Below, piece by piece: positions 1-11,254 of a stretch of 64,000 bases of DNA. Location: contig NC_043020.1 in assembly GCF_006345805.1 (NCBI RefSeq), forward strand, positions 18,972,001 to 19,036,000, written 5' to 3'. Position numbers and translations under genes: made by a program. The stretch comes from Octopus sinensis. Its lineage: Eukaryota. The first letter of the stretch is position 1. Each line of letters starts with the position of its first letter. The notes beneath the pieces are model-generated. The model ran no database searches. It worked only from the letters and a program-made list of their open reading frames with translations, and was not told where the DNA came from.

Positions 1-102
1 GGTCGGCCCGAGGTTATAGTAGAAGACATTTGCCCAAGATGCTACGCAGTGGGATTGAACCCGGAACCATGTGGTTGGAAGCAAGCTTCTTACCAAACAG
101 CC
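1..102 (-). mobile_element. SINE family A, tRNA-derived head (partial)
   Basis: Reverse complement matches the recurrent head ggctgtgtggtaag...ggttccgggttcagtcccactgcg...ccttgggcaagtgtcttctactatagcc seen many times in the window. Confidence 0.85.
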
Positions 103-323
103 TCACACACACGCACATATATACGTATATATGATGTACATATATATATGCATGCGTGTACATGTAGGTATGATTGTGCACACACACACACATACGCGCA
201 CACAAATGTACGTGTGTGTGCGTGCATGTTTGCATATGTATCTATGTATGTATGCATGCAAGCGTATGTACATGTGTGCACAATGCAGATCTGTCTATGT
301 ATGTATAAGTATGCACCTTGCAG

Positions 324-415
324 ATCCACAACAAGACTGAATAGTCATCTGAGAGGTCATGGATGGAAAATCAGGAATGTCACTGACAACGCAGAAGCAG
401 CACAAAGAGACGGCG
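324..415 (+). CDS. Candidate host exon, unknown protein (STTRLNSHLRGHGWKIRNVTDNAEAAQRDG)
   Basis: Unique island in TG microsatellite; acceptor ccttgcag, donor GCG|GTAAAT (alternative ACT|GTATGC at 443); open frame; no homology recognised. Confidence 0.3.
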
Positions 416-741
416 GTAAATCAGTGAAGACGAACCAAGCACTGTATGCGTGTGTGTCTGTGTGTGTGTAAGTGTGTGAGTTTGTTTATGTGTGTATATA
501 AGTGTGTATGTGTGTGTACCATATGCGTGTGGATGAGTGTGTGTATGTGTACCATATGCGTGTGTATGTATGTATGAGTGTGTGTGTGTGTGTACGTTTG
601 CACATGCACGCGTGCGTGTGTGTGTGTGTGTGTACGTTTGCACATGCACGCGTGCGTGTGTGTGTGTGTAGTACCGTGTAGTAGTGTGAAGTGTGTGTGG
701 TAGCGTGTGTATGTATGGTAGCGTGTGTGTGTGTTTATATT

Positions 742-775
<34 letters not shown>

Positions 776-1838
776 TGTGTGCGTGTGCGTGTGTGTGTGT
801 GTGACTGACCCTGAAAGCACGTGGTTGAGAAACAAACTTCTTAGCAGACAACCGGCGTGGAAGCTTTAACCAGCAACAGGTTTTTCGAATGGATACATTT
901 CACTTTTAAGTCAATTCCCCTTTCCACATTCCATTTCCAAATTGGCCACCCTGACATTTGAAAGGAAGCGGTCAAGCGTTGAATACTTCGACCAGCGATT
1001 TGCTGGTCAGTTTAATTCATCGATTCCCCTCACCCTCTCCCGCATCACTCATCTTCCCACCTCCTCTCTACACGTGTCCACGAGCCAAACGAGGCGGCCT
1101 ATACTTTTTAATCCTACGAGTCGTTCATAATCCTGCTATTAGTGTCGCTTGGTAAATGTATCTTATCTTTCTTTATCTTTTACTTGTTTCAGTCATTAGA
1201 CTGCGGCCATGCTGGGGTACCGCCTTCAAAGGTTTCAGTGGAACAAAACGAACTCAGAACTATTTTTATAAAGCCTGCTTCTTATTTCAGTATTCTTAGT
1301 CTATCTTCACAAAACTGCTAAATCTCGGGGATATAAATGCACCAAATCTGACCGCCGCTGACCCATCATTGACCCTTCAATCTACGCGCACACGCAAAAT
1401 CGCGCGCGCACACACTCACGCACTGCCACACCCACACATTCACACACCTGTCACAATAGCTGTTGGTCTTTCAGACACACCAGCAGCGATTGTCAAGCGA
1501 TGTTGTGGACACACACACACAATTAAAACACACACATACGCTACTCCACACACATACACACACAAATATAAACACACACACAATTAAAACTACACACATA
1601 CGCTACCACACCATACATACACACGCTACCGCACACGGTACTACAAACACACACACGCACACACACACACACGCACGCACGCGCGCATGTGCAAACGTAT
1701 ACTGACCATTTTCGCACACTACTGTTTCAGAAAGCATTTTTCTTCATTCCTACTTCCAATCACTTACTTTAAAAATATAATTCCACGTGATTGTTGGCGA
1801 TTTATTTTCCTCCGTCTTGGATTTTCCTGTTTCTTCCT

Positions 1839-1873
1839 GTTTCCGAAGAAGAGCTATGCTTGAAACGTAAAAC
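1839..1873 (+). ncRNA. Minimal type I hammerhead motif, U4C core variant, in Penelope-like terminal fragment
   Basis: GUUU-CCGAAGA-A-GAGC uau GCUU-GAAA-CG-UA-AAAC. Confidence 0.55.
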
Positions 1874-1967
1874 TTCAACTCTTTTCCTTCTCCGAGCGTC
1901 TTATTAATACATTGCTCGTGCCACGTCCAAACGTTTGTTTTTTTCTTTTTCTGTGTGTTTTTTAATT

Positions 1968-2027
<60 letters not shown>

Positions 2028-2050
2028 ATATATATATATATAATATATAT

Positions 2051-2489
2051 AATCTTTTACTCTCTTTTAGTTGTTTCTGTCATTTGATTGCGGCCATGCT
2101 GGAGCACCGCTTTTTAGTCGAACAAATCGACCCCAGGATTTATTTTTTGTAAGCCGAGTACTTATTCTATCGGTCACTTATACCGAACGCTAAAATTCTT
2201 GGGCGCAGGCGTGGCTGTGTGGTAAGAAAGTGCTTCCCGATCGTGTAAGTTGAGTTTCGTCTCACTGCGCGGCACCTTCGTCAAATAAAACATGCTTGTG
2301 TCACATCTTCGAAAGATGGTAAAAGGATGGCTGTGTGGTATGTAGCTTGCTTACCAACCACATGGTTCCGGGTTCAGTCCCACTGCGTGACACCTTGGGC
2401 AAGTGTCTTCTACTATAGCCTCGGCCGACCAAAGCCTTGTGAGTGGATTTGGTAGGCGGAAACTGAAAGAAGCCCATCGAATATATGTA

Positions 2490-2537
<48 letters not shown>

Positions 2538-3010
2538 ATATGTATATATATATAATCTTTTACTCTCTTTTAGTTGTTTCTGTCATTTGATTGCGGCCAT
2601 GCTGGAGCACCGCTTTTTAGTCGAACAAATCGACCCCAGGATTTATTTTTTGTAAGCCGAGTACTTATTCTATCGGTCACTTATACCGAACCGCTAAAAT
2701 TCTTGGGCGCAGGCGTGGCTGTGTGGTAAGAAAGTTGCTTCCCGATCGTGTAAGTTGAGTTTCGTCTCACTGCGCGGCACCTTCGTCAAATAAAACATGC
2801 TTGTGTCACATCTTCGAAAGATGGTAAAAGGATGGCTGTGTGGTATGTAGCTTGCTTACCAACCACATGGTTCCGGGTTCAGTCCCACTGCGTGACACCT
2901 TGGGCAAGTGTCTTCTACTATAGCCTCGGGCCGACCAAAGCCTTGTGAGTGGATTTGGTAGGCGGAAACTGAAAGAAGCCCATCGAATATATGTATATAT
3001 GTATATATAT
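2051..3010. repeat. Near-perfect tandem duplication (period 503 bp) of SINE-derived sequence between (TA)n tracts
   Basis: 2051-2500 matches 2554-3006; visible differences are single-base indels. Confidence 0.9.
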
Positions 3011-3023
3011 ATATATATATATA

Positions 3024-4042
3024 TTAAGGTATGTAGAAAAATACAACATGGACAAGAACGTATAACTCTTAGAAGACGACGCAATAAACATGGACAGGGC
3101 ATTCGAACCCCTCAGTCTTCAGTCAAGAACCGGATCATCGTAGTAATTTCGGCTGATTAATCTTGAGATTACTAGATCACGGCCAGCCCTCCAAGAAAAA
3201 CTAAGCAACGAGCATTAGAAAAACTAAGCTGGAAGCGTAGATTTCCTGGAAGAAGGATCGAATGCATACGAACACCAGGACAGCAAAAGGGACAGATATA
3301 AAAAAAACAAAAAACAATAATGGAATACAGAAACATGAAATACAGAAGCATTAACGGTGAAAACAACAAGTGTCTTACGACTGATAACAAGCAAACAATT
3401 TTTTCTCTGGCGCATTGGAAGAAGCCTTTATGCGGCGGACGAAAAACAACGATTTTAACACGACGAGGGTCAGGAGCTGAAAGGCAGATTTCGGCCAACA
3501 GTCACGTGACAAAGAAGAGGGAAAAGAAAAGAAAGAGAAGCAAAGGAAGAGAGAGAGAGACGAGGGACAAAACGCAACAAAGAGAGAGAAGAGAGAGAAA
3601 GAAGGGATCAGAGAGGAGAAGGGATGGTGTCGAAGAATGACCTGTGAGTGCAGAGCGAGACAAAGAATTAGGAGGGTAAAGAGAAGAGAAAAAGAGGATG
3701 AGTAGAGAGAAGAAGAGAGAGAGAGAGAGAGAGAGAGAGGGGGACAATCAAGTAAAAATGAGAGAGAGAGGGAGACAAAAAGAGAGTCGTACCAATTATT
3801 AAGAATATGTGCTCACATTAATGATAAGGTGGGTACGGGGCGCCTGGAATATATGTTAAGGTATGTAGAAAAATACAACATGGACAAGAACGTATAACTC
3901 TTAGAAGACGACACATAAACATGGACAGAGCATTCGAACCCCTCAGTCTTCAGTCAAGAACCGGATCATCGTAGTAATTTCGGCTGATTAATCTTGAGAT
4001 TACTAGATCACGGCCAGCCCTCCAAGAAAAACTAAGCAACGA
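3024..4042 (-). mobile_element. Non-autonomous LTR-like (pseudo-LTR, retrozyme-like) element with ribozyme-like terminal repeats, inserted in (TA)n
   Basis: Direct repeats 3024-3211 and 3856-4042 with 3 differences; non-coding interior; (TA)n on both sides; each repeat carries CUGAAGA and GAAA core strands. Confidence 0.75.
3092..3195 (-). ncRNA. Four-helix hammerhead-like structured RNA, copy 1 (copy 2 at 3923-4026)
   Basis: GGCUGG/UCAGCC, CCG(U)GAUC/GAUCCGG, UAGUAAU/AUUACUA, UCAAGA/UCUUGA; GAA, C and CUGAAGA at hammerhead junction positions. Confidence 0.6.
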
Positions 4043-4083
4043 TATATATATATATATTATATATATATAATATATATATATAT

Positions 4084-4132
<49 letters not shown>

Positions 4133-4597
4133 ACGTCCCCGTAATTAGCGGTTCGGCATAGGAGACCGATAGAATAAGTACTAAGCTTAGAAAGAATAAG
4201 TCCTGGGTGTCGATTTGCTCGACTTAAAGGCGGTGCTCCAGCATGGCCGCAGTCAAATGAGTGAAACAATTAAAAGAGTAACTTAAGACGACGAGAGACC
4301 GAGTTTTGTTTGAAATTTACCGATAGATCGTCGGTTAAAAATGCCTAAGATATAACTGGTGAGATGAATTTTAGCCCTTTAACGTGTTTCAGTCATTAGA
4401 CTGCGGCCATATCGGGAAACTGTCTTGAAGATCTGTTAGTCGAATGAATCGAACCCAGGATTAGCCTGATGCTTGTTTTATCGGTCTCTTTTGCTGAACT
4501 ACCGCCAAGCATTTTTCTCTGAGACTTTCCGAGGTTGCAAAACCGATAGAATAAAATACTAAACTTTAAAATTGAATATCGGTGTCGAATTCTCCGA

Positions 4598-4641
<44 letters not shown>

Positions 4642-4731
4642 ATATAATATCAAAGGGAAATGGAATTTAATTAAAGTTAAAACATTTAATCTAGCTCGTA
4701 GAATCCCTACAAGTGGATTCTCTATGTATTT

Positions 4732-4775
<44 letters not shown>

Positions 4776-4777
<2 letters not shown>

Positions 4778-5160
4778 GTGCAGGAGAGGCTGTGTGGTAA
4801 GTAGCTTGCTTCCTAACCACATGGTTCCAGGTTCAGTTCCACTGCATGGCACCTTGGGCAAGTGTCTTCTACTATAGCGTCGGGCCGACCCTTGTGAGTG
4901 GATTTGGTAGATGCAAACTGAAAGAAGCCCGTCGTATATATGTATGTGTGTGTATATGCTTGTCTGTCACTGTTTAACCCACCAACATCGCTTGACAACC
5001 GATACTGGTGTACCCGTAACTTGTCGGTTGGGCAAAAGAGACCGATAGAATAAGTACTAGGCTTACAAAGAATAAGACCTGGGGTCGATTTGCTCGACTA
5101 AAGGCGGTGCTCCAGCATGGCCGCAGTCAAATGACTGAAACAAGTAAAAGAGTAAAAGAG
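4776..5160 (+). mobile_element. SINE family A, full length (head, TA/TG linker, tail ending in short aaaagagt repeats)
   Basis: A-box-like and B-box-like (ggttcagttcc) motifs, ccttgggcaagt, shared tail. Confidence 0.9.
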
Positions 5161-5306
5161 ATATATATATAAAGTTTTCAAGCCCAGCATGATTGCAGGC
5201 CAATGAGTGAAACGAGTAAAAAAAGATAAAGATCACTTTTCTTTTCCTTTTTACTTTTTTTTTGCACTGTAGGCGTACATCCTATTTTATAAGTAATTTT
5301 AGCTAC

Positions 5307-5361
<55 letters not shown>

Positions 5362-5946
5362 TGGGTGCGTGTGTGTGTGTGTGTAGGTAGCATTTGGTGT
5401 TCATGATATAAATGTATCTGATGTCTCTGCCGTTCCCTAACCACCAAAATACAACGCGTCAGCTTTGAATATCGCACTTCCTGCATTAGAGACATTTTAA
5501 CTTTCCATTATATATATCTCTCTCTCCTCATACTCACTCACTCATTCTCTCTTTCTTTATCTTCCTTTCTCTCTCTCTCTCTTTATCTCCCTTTCTCTCT
5601 CTTTCCTTCTTATTGCCAATACTCGCTTACTTCTTGGAGTATTTGTTCCGGCTTTCTGCATTCTAAATTCGACTCCCGTCAAGGTCAGCTTTACTCTTCA
5701 CCCTTTCAAAGTTGATGAAGCATTACGCAAGCGCTGCGCCCAGTCGTCCCAGTTTTCTTCCCAAGTTAAAATCACAAGGGCAGAAAACATGCCTTCCTAA
5801 TGTGCACAGCCTGCAAGTATTTGTCTGTCTGTCTGTCTCTGTCTCTGTCTCTGTCTCTCTTTCTCTATCTCCTTCTTCCTCCCTCACCCCCTATTTCTAT
5901 CTCTCTTTCTCTCTGAACAGGATACTCTGGAAACGCTCATCAACAT

Positions 5947-6581
5947 AGGCGTAGGAGTGGCTGTGTGGTAAGTAGCTTGCTTAAGAACCACATGGTTCCT
6001 GGTTCAGTCCTACTGCGTGGCACCTTGGACAAGTGTCTTCTACTATAGCCTCGGGTTAACCAAAGCCTTGTGAATGGATTTCGTAGGCGGAAACTGAAAG
6101 GAATCCGTCATAAACATTGTCACACCGGTTGTCAAGCCTGGGAAGGAGGCACATACACAAACGAGTAAGTGGACAAAGTTGCTAGTTCTAAAGATCTCTA
6201 TCAGAGATGCAAGTTGCAACTCTACTGAAAAGCAATGGTTGTTACCAAGAGGTGTCCTCCTGGGGTTAAAAAAGAGTTGTAACATTGTTCCGTACGGAAC
6301 AACCACGTTGAGGAGGTAAAAACCGTTACTTTTCAATAGAGTTACTACTTGCATCTCTCATAGAGATTTTTAGAACTAGATACTTTGCTTGCTTTGCGTG
6401 TGTGAGTGTGTGTGTTTGTGTCTCTGTTTGTCCCACCATCACTGCTTGAGAACCGGTGTTGGTGTGATTACGTTCCCGTAAATTAGCGGTTCAGCGAAAG
6501 AGACGATGGACTTTAAAAAAAAGTTTTGGGATCTATTTGTTCTGTTCTAGCATGGCTGCAGTCATGTAAAAGAATAAAAGA
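5947..6581 (+). mobile_element. SINE family A with a MITE inserted in its linker
   Basis: Head 5947-6110, tail about 6400-6581, foreign inverted-repeat element between. Confidence 0.8.
6174..6387. mobile_element. MITE-like foldback element
   Basis: About 70-bp imperfect inverted arms caaagttgctagttctaaagatctct... / ...agagatttttagaactagatactttg; inner palindrome ttgttccgtacggaacaa. Confidence 0.7.
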
Positions 6582-6963
6582 AATATATTCATACATATAA
6601 GTTGTGTACTGGGGTCGATCTAATCGACCGGCCCCTTCCCCAAAATTTCGGGCCTTGTGCCTAGAGTAGAAAAGATATAAACTAGAGCCATGAATGCCAG
6701 TAACCTCAAACGCTCGAAGACGTCTGGGTCAAGATGGCAAATGAATCAGATCGATCTCCGTTGGAAAAGTTGGTGCTTTTGGTCTCAGAGAACATGATTA
6801 AGGAGACTAACACGAAAGATGAGAGCCGAAACCTAAACGTTTGTAATTCACTACTGCACTGCCGCCATGTCGTTCTTTTCTTCCAGCCTGACTGTGCTTT
6901 TAACAAGAAAACCCAAGAGACTGGTTGTTTGCCCGCCGAGCGCATTCAATCATGCGCATATAT

Positions 6964-7400
6964 TCTTTTATTCTTTTACTTGTTTCAGCCATTTGACTGC
7001 GGCTGTGTTGGAACACACCTTCAGTCGAGCAAATCGACCCCCAGGACTTATTCTTTGCAAGCCTAGTGCTTATTCTATCGGTCCCTTTGCCGGACAAACT
7101 GCTAGGTCACGGGGATGTAAACACACCAGCATCGGTTGCCAAGCGATGTTGGGAGAACAAACACAGACACAGACACAGACACACACACACACACAGACCT
7201 CCCCCCACACACACATACACACACAAACAGACACATACGACGGGCTTCTGTCAGTTTCCGTCTACCAAATCCACTCACAAGGCTTTGGTTAACCCGAGGC
7301 TATAGTAGAAAACACTTGCCCAAGGTACCACGCAGTAGGACTGAACCCAGAACCATGTGGCTCGTAAGCAAGCCACTTACCACAAGGCACTCCTGCGCCT
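6964..7400 (-). mobile_element. SINE family A, full length
   Basis: Reverse complement of head-linker-tail consensus. Confidence 0.9.
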
Positions 7401-7551
7401 GCCTATACACACACACACACATACATATATATATGGATTTGGTAGACGGAAACTGAAAGAAGCCCGTCGTATATATGTATATATATATGTGTGTGTGTGA
7501 ATGTATATATATATAGATATAGATATGTATATATATGTGTATATATATACA

Positions 7552-7627
<76 letters not shown>

Positions 7628-7653
7628 GATAGATAGATAGATAGATAGATACA

Positions 7654-7694
<41 letters not shown>

Positions 7695-8033
7695 CATATA
7701 TACGACGGGCTTCTTTCAGTTTCCATCGACCAAATCCACTCACAAAGCCTTGGTCGTCCCGAGGCTATAGTAGAAGACACTTGCCCAAGGTGCCACGCAG
7801 TGGAACTGAACTCGGAACCATGTGGTTCTTAAGCAAGCTTCATACCACACAGCTACTCCTACACACTCACACACACACACACATATATAGAGAGAAGTAT
7901 ATATAAATGCAAATACACATGCGTGTGTATGTGTGTGTGTGTGTGTGTGTGTATATATGCACACACGCACACATAGCCAGACAGAGAGATAAATATATAA
8001 ATAGATAGAGTGAGAGTGAGGAAGTGAAATAAA

Positions 8034-8071
<38 letters not shown>

Positions 8072-8339
8072 GAGTGAGTGAGTGAGAGAGAGTGTTGGCA
8101 GTGGGGAGAGAGAAAGAGAGAATGAAAGAGGTGGCGAATGAAAATGTCGGTAATCTGTTTGCACTTGACACGGATCTCAAAATCAAAGATCTTATCGGTT
8201 TGATTGTCGCTGTATGAAGTAGCAGAATTGTAACCACTCATGTATGACGGTCAATGCTTTATTGACAGCCAGAGCAGGGTGCGACGTCGAAACTAGATTT
8301 TCATTTATGACCAGTGTATGTGTGTGTGTGTGTGTGTGT

Positions 8340-8389
<50 letters not shown>

Positions 8390-8485
8390 TGTGTATGTGT
8401 GTGTGTGTATGTCGGTGGGTGGGTGTTTAACTAAAATAGTATACATACGTCAGTGTCGCTCTCTGTATATACATACATACATGTA

Positions 8486-9003
8486 CCGTAAATCCTCAAG
8501 TATAGTCAGCCCTTGAGTATAATACGCAGGGGATTTTTAGGGCTGTACCTCTGAAAAACCTAAACCTTGTGTATAATACGCACCCCTTCTCTAACTTGAG
8601 TCAAGGAGGTCTATATAACGTCCTTGGTTTGTAAAAATGTATACAGCAACGTCCTTTATTATTATTGTATATATAACATAATGCTAACGTGTAGCTTTTT
8701 TGTGCATTTTGTTTGCAGAAAATAAAGAAATAACAGTAATAACCATAATAACGTTTAATAAATGTTGCTTACTGCAAGTTATGGATGATTCTTTTATGAC
8801 TTCATTGCTTCCAGGCTTAGCTTAAGGTATTTTCGCGCCCGACATCACAAAATGCGTCTGAATAAACATTGCCGGACAGTAAATCGAGACTCGGACATTG
8901 CTTAGAAAATATTTTTCATTTTTAACCTCGTATATAGTACGCACTAGGGATTTTGACCATTAAATTTTGGGGAAAAATATGGATTATACTCGAGTATTTA
9001 CGG
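8486..9003. mobile_element. pogo/Tigger-like (Tc1/mariner superfamily) MITE
   Basis: TIRs ccgtaaatcctcaagtata / tatactcgagtatttacgg flanked by TA on both sides. Confidence 0.8.
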
Positions 9004-9429
9004 TATATATTCTGTTACTTGTTTCAGGCATTTTACTGCGGCCATGCTGGAGCACACCTTAATGTGGCCCTAGGACTTATTTGGGATCTTTTCTGCTTGG
9101 CTGCCAGGGGCTGTGAACGTCAATTTTCAGTTCGAATTAATTTCATATTCAGTGTAATGATACACTTTTATAGGCTAATTAATGACATGGAAGTAATTTT
9201 CGCTATAAATCAATAAATAAAGAGTTATTAGCAATTACAAAGTTGAAAATTTTGGTAATTTTAGTCAATCGTAAGCCACAGACACATTCATGCCTGTTTC
9301 GATAGTAAGAAGCGGAAAATGAGAACTCCTTTGTCTCTCAGCGTAATAATCCTGTGTGATTATGGCAGCAATCTCCAGTAACTTCTATTATGGAAACATT
9401 GAAAACTGAGGAGGATATTTTAAAAATTA

Positions 9430-9930
9430 AAACCGAAAGTTAAATGTTTGTTTTTTAAGCATATTTAAATTGTTTCTTTTTGTCATTAAGCATTGAGGTG
9501 GTTGTGGGGTGTGCTAAAAATAACAGCTAAATAAGATATTTTGGATAAATCTTTCAAATTAAAGTTTATTTGCCAACATCTCGCTCAGAGATTTTAAACT
9601 GTTTTTCTCCTTTAAATTAACATAAACATTTATTTACCTGAAAGAAAATTACCAGAGAACTTTTGTGCTAAAAATAACAGCTAAATAAGATTTATTTACA
9701 TGAAAGAAAATTAACGGAGACCTAAAGCGTGTTGTTTACAAATATTGACAATATTTGCTATTTTCAGGATGTTGACGACAACGACTGCTTCCAAATCCTG
9801 TTTCCCGACTGGGTGAAAATGATCAAACTTTAAACCTCTATAACTTTTTAAAAACATTTTTCTGGAAAAAGTGAAATAATTCCAGCAATTTAGTTTGGTC
9901 AAGTGTATTATTGTGCAAAATTTAAAAGAT
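9430..9930 (+). repeat. Unclassified interspersed repeat (second copy about 47780-48250)
   Basis: Shared blocks gtgtgctaaaaataa and aaatcctgttt...gggt.aaaatgatcaaactttaaac. Confidence 0.6.
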
Positions 9931-10034
9931 CGTTATTTTTTATGTTTCTTTTGTCGAACTGCTAGGTTTCAATGACGTAAATACACCAACACAAGTTGTC
10001 AATAGAGATGGGGGTGGATAAATACACACAGATA

Positions 10035-10243
10035 CTTATATATATATATATATAAAATACAAAATCGGACAAGAACGCAAAACATCCGGACAACTAGGTG
10101 ATACAAAAAGGGACAACAAAACATCCAGATAGACGATGCAAAAAAAAAAGAACATTCGAAGCCTTTTATCCTCAGTCAAGAACCGCATCATCCTCGCAAT
10201 TTCGGCTGATTAATCTTAAGATTGCTCCAATCTGGCCAGCCCC
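10035..10243 (-). mobile_element. Solo terminal repeat of the four-helix ribozyme-like family, flanked by (TA)n
   Basis: Homologous to 3024-3211; helices GCAAU/AUUGC, UUAAGA/UCUUGA, GGCUGG/UCAGCC; CUGAGGA. Confidence 0.75.
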
Positions 10244-10354
10244 ATATATATAGCTCCGAGAGGCGATCGCCTCTAGCTAGCTATGTGGCGCGCATACTGC
10301 GTCCATAAATCTTCGAACAGGGGAGGTCATCAATACCCTTTGCTGGCTTGGCAG

Positions 10355-10395
10355 CCACAGACCGGTTTCGGGGTAGTTGCCCCTTGTCAATGTGG
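10355..10395 (-). ncRNA. Degenerate minimal type I hammerhead at the apex of an imperfect inverted repeat
   Basis: CCACA-UUGACAA-GGGG caacua CCCC-GAAA-CCGG-UC-UGUGG; two transitions in the CUGACGA core. Confidence 0.6.
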
Positions 10396-10665
10396 GCAGC
10401 CGAGTCCAGCAGGGGTCGCTTTTGACCTCGGTTCGAAGGTTTTGTTTATTTATATTCAGTGAAATACATTCACTGATTTCCAAATATAGAAATGTTATAA
10501 TTTCTAAATCTCTCTAAAGAAGAGATACAGTTGTAATACTAGGTATTACTATTTATTGCCAAACTAACGTGGCAGTCCAGAGAAATAGAACGAATGCTGT
10601 TGTTGATTAGCTCCGAGAGGCGATCGCCTCTAGTTAGCTGTACGACGCGTGAACCTGCATCCAGA

Positions 10666-10666
<1 letters not shown>

Positions 10667-10696
<30 letters not shown>

Positions 10697-10757
10697 TGTA
10701 TGTATGTATGTATGTATGTATGTATGTATGTATGTATGTGTGTATCTGTCTGTCTGC

Positions 10758-10844
<87 letters not shown>

Positions 10845-10845
10845 A

Positions 10846-10885
<40 letters not shown>

Positions 10886-10940
10886 ATATCTGTCTGTCTG
10901 TCTATCTATCCATCCAGCCATCCATCCATCCATCCATAAA
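10667..10940. repeat. Compound tetranucleotide microsatellite (TATG, TCTG, TCTA, TCCA)
   Basis: Direct reading. Confidence 0.95.
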
Positions 10941-11223
10941 TGTGAAGCAAGATGGAAAAAAGAGTACTCAAAAACCAGAGGTAGAGTAATATGCTTTATT
11001 TAAAAGCAGCAAAAATATAACAGAAGCTGTTACTCAGAGTTTCGTGTTCCCGTTCGTCGAGATGCCGGAGCAGATTTCCGCCCCGACATCCGAAACTCAG
11101 AGTTTTATTATAGCAACCGAATAATTGTCACGTATTATATTAGATAAATTCCTCTATTTACATAATATCGAGGTCTCATTCATTCTTTTGTTGTCATACT
11201 ATTACTATTAATATCATATATAT

Positions 11224-11254
<31 letters not shown>

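Noticed and set aside
336-365. C2H2 zinc-finger resemblance (L-x2-H-x3-H) in the first candidate exon
   Set aside because: No C-x2-C upstream in the exon; too short to support
3092-3195. HDV-like or twister interpretation of the four-helix motif
   Set aside because: No P1.1 GG or L3 of HDV; twister core nucleotides could not be placed consistently; hammerhead junction nucleotides fit better
6242-6320. Possible ribozyme in the MITE spacer
   Set aside because: Palindrome present but no CUGANGA or GAAA core on either strand
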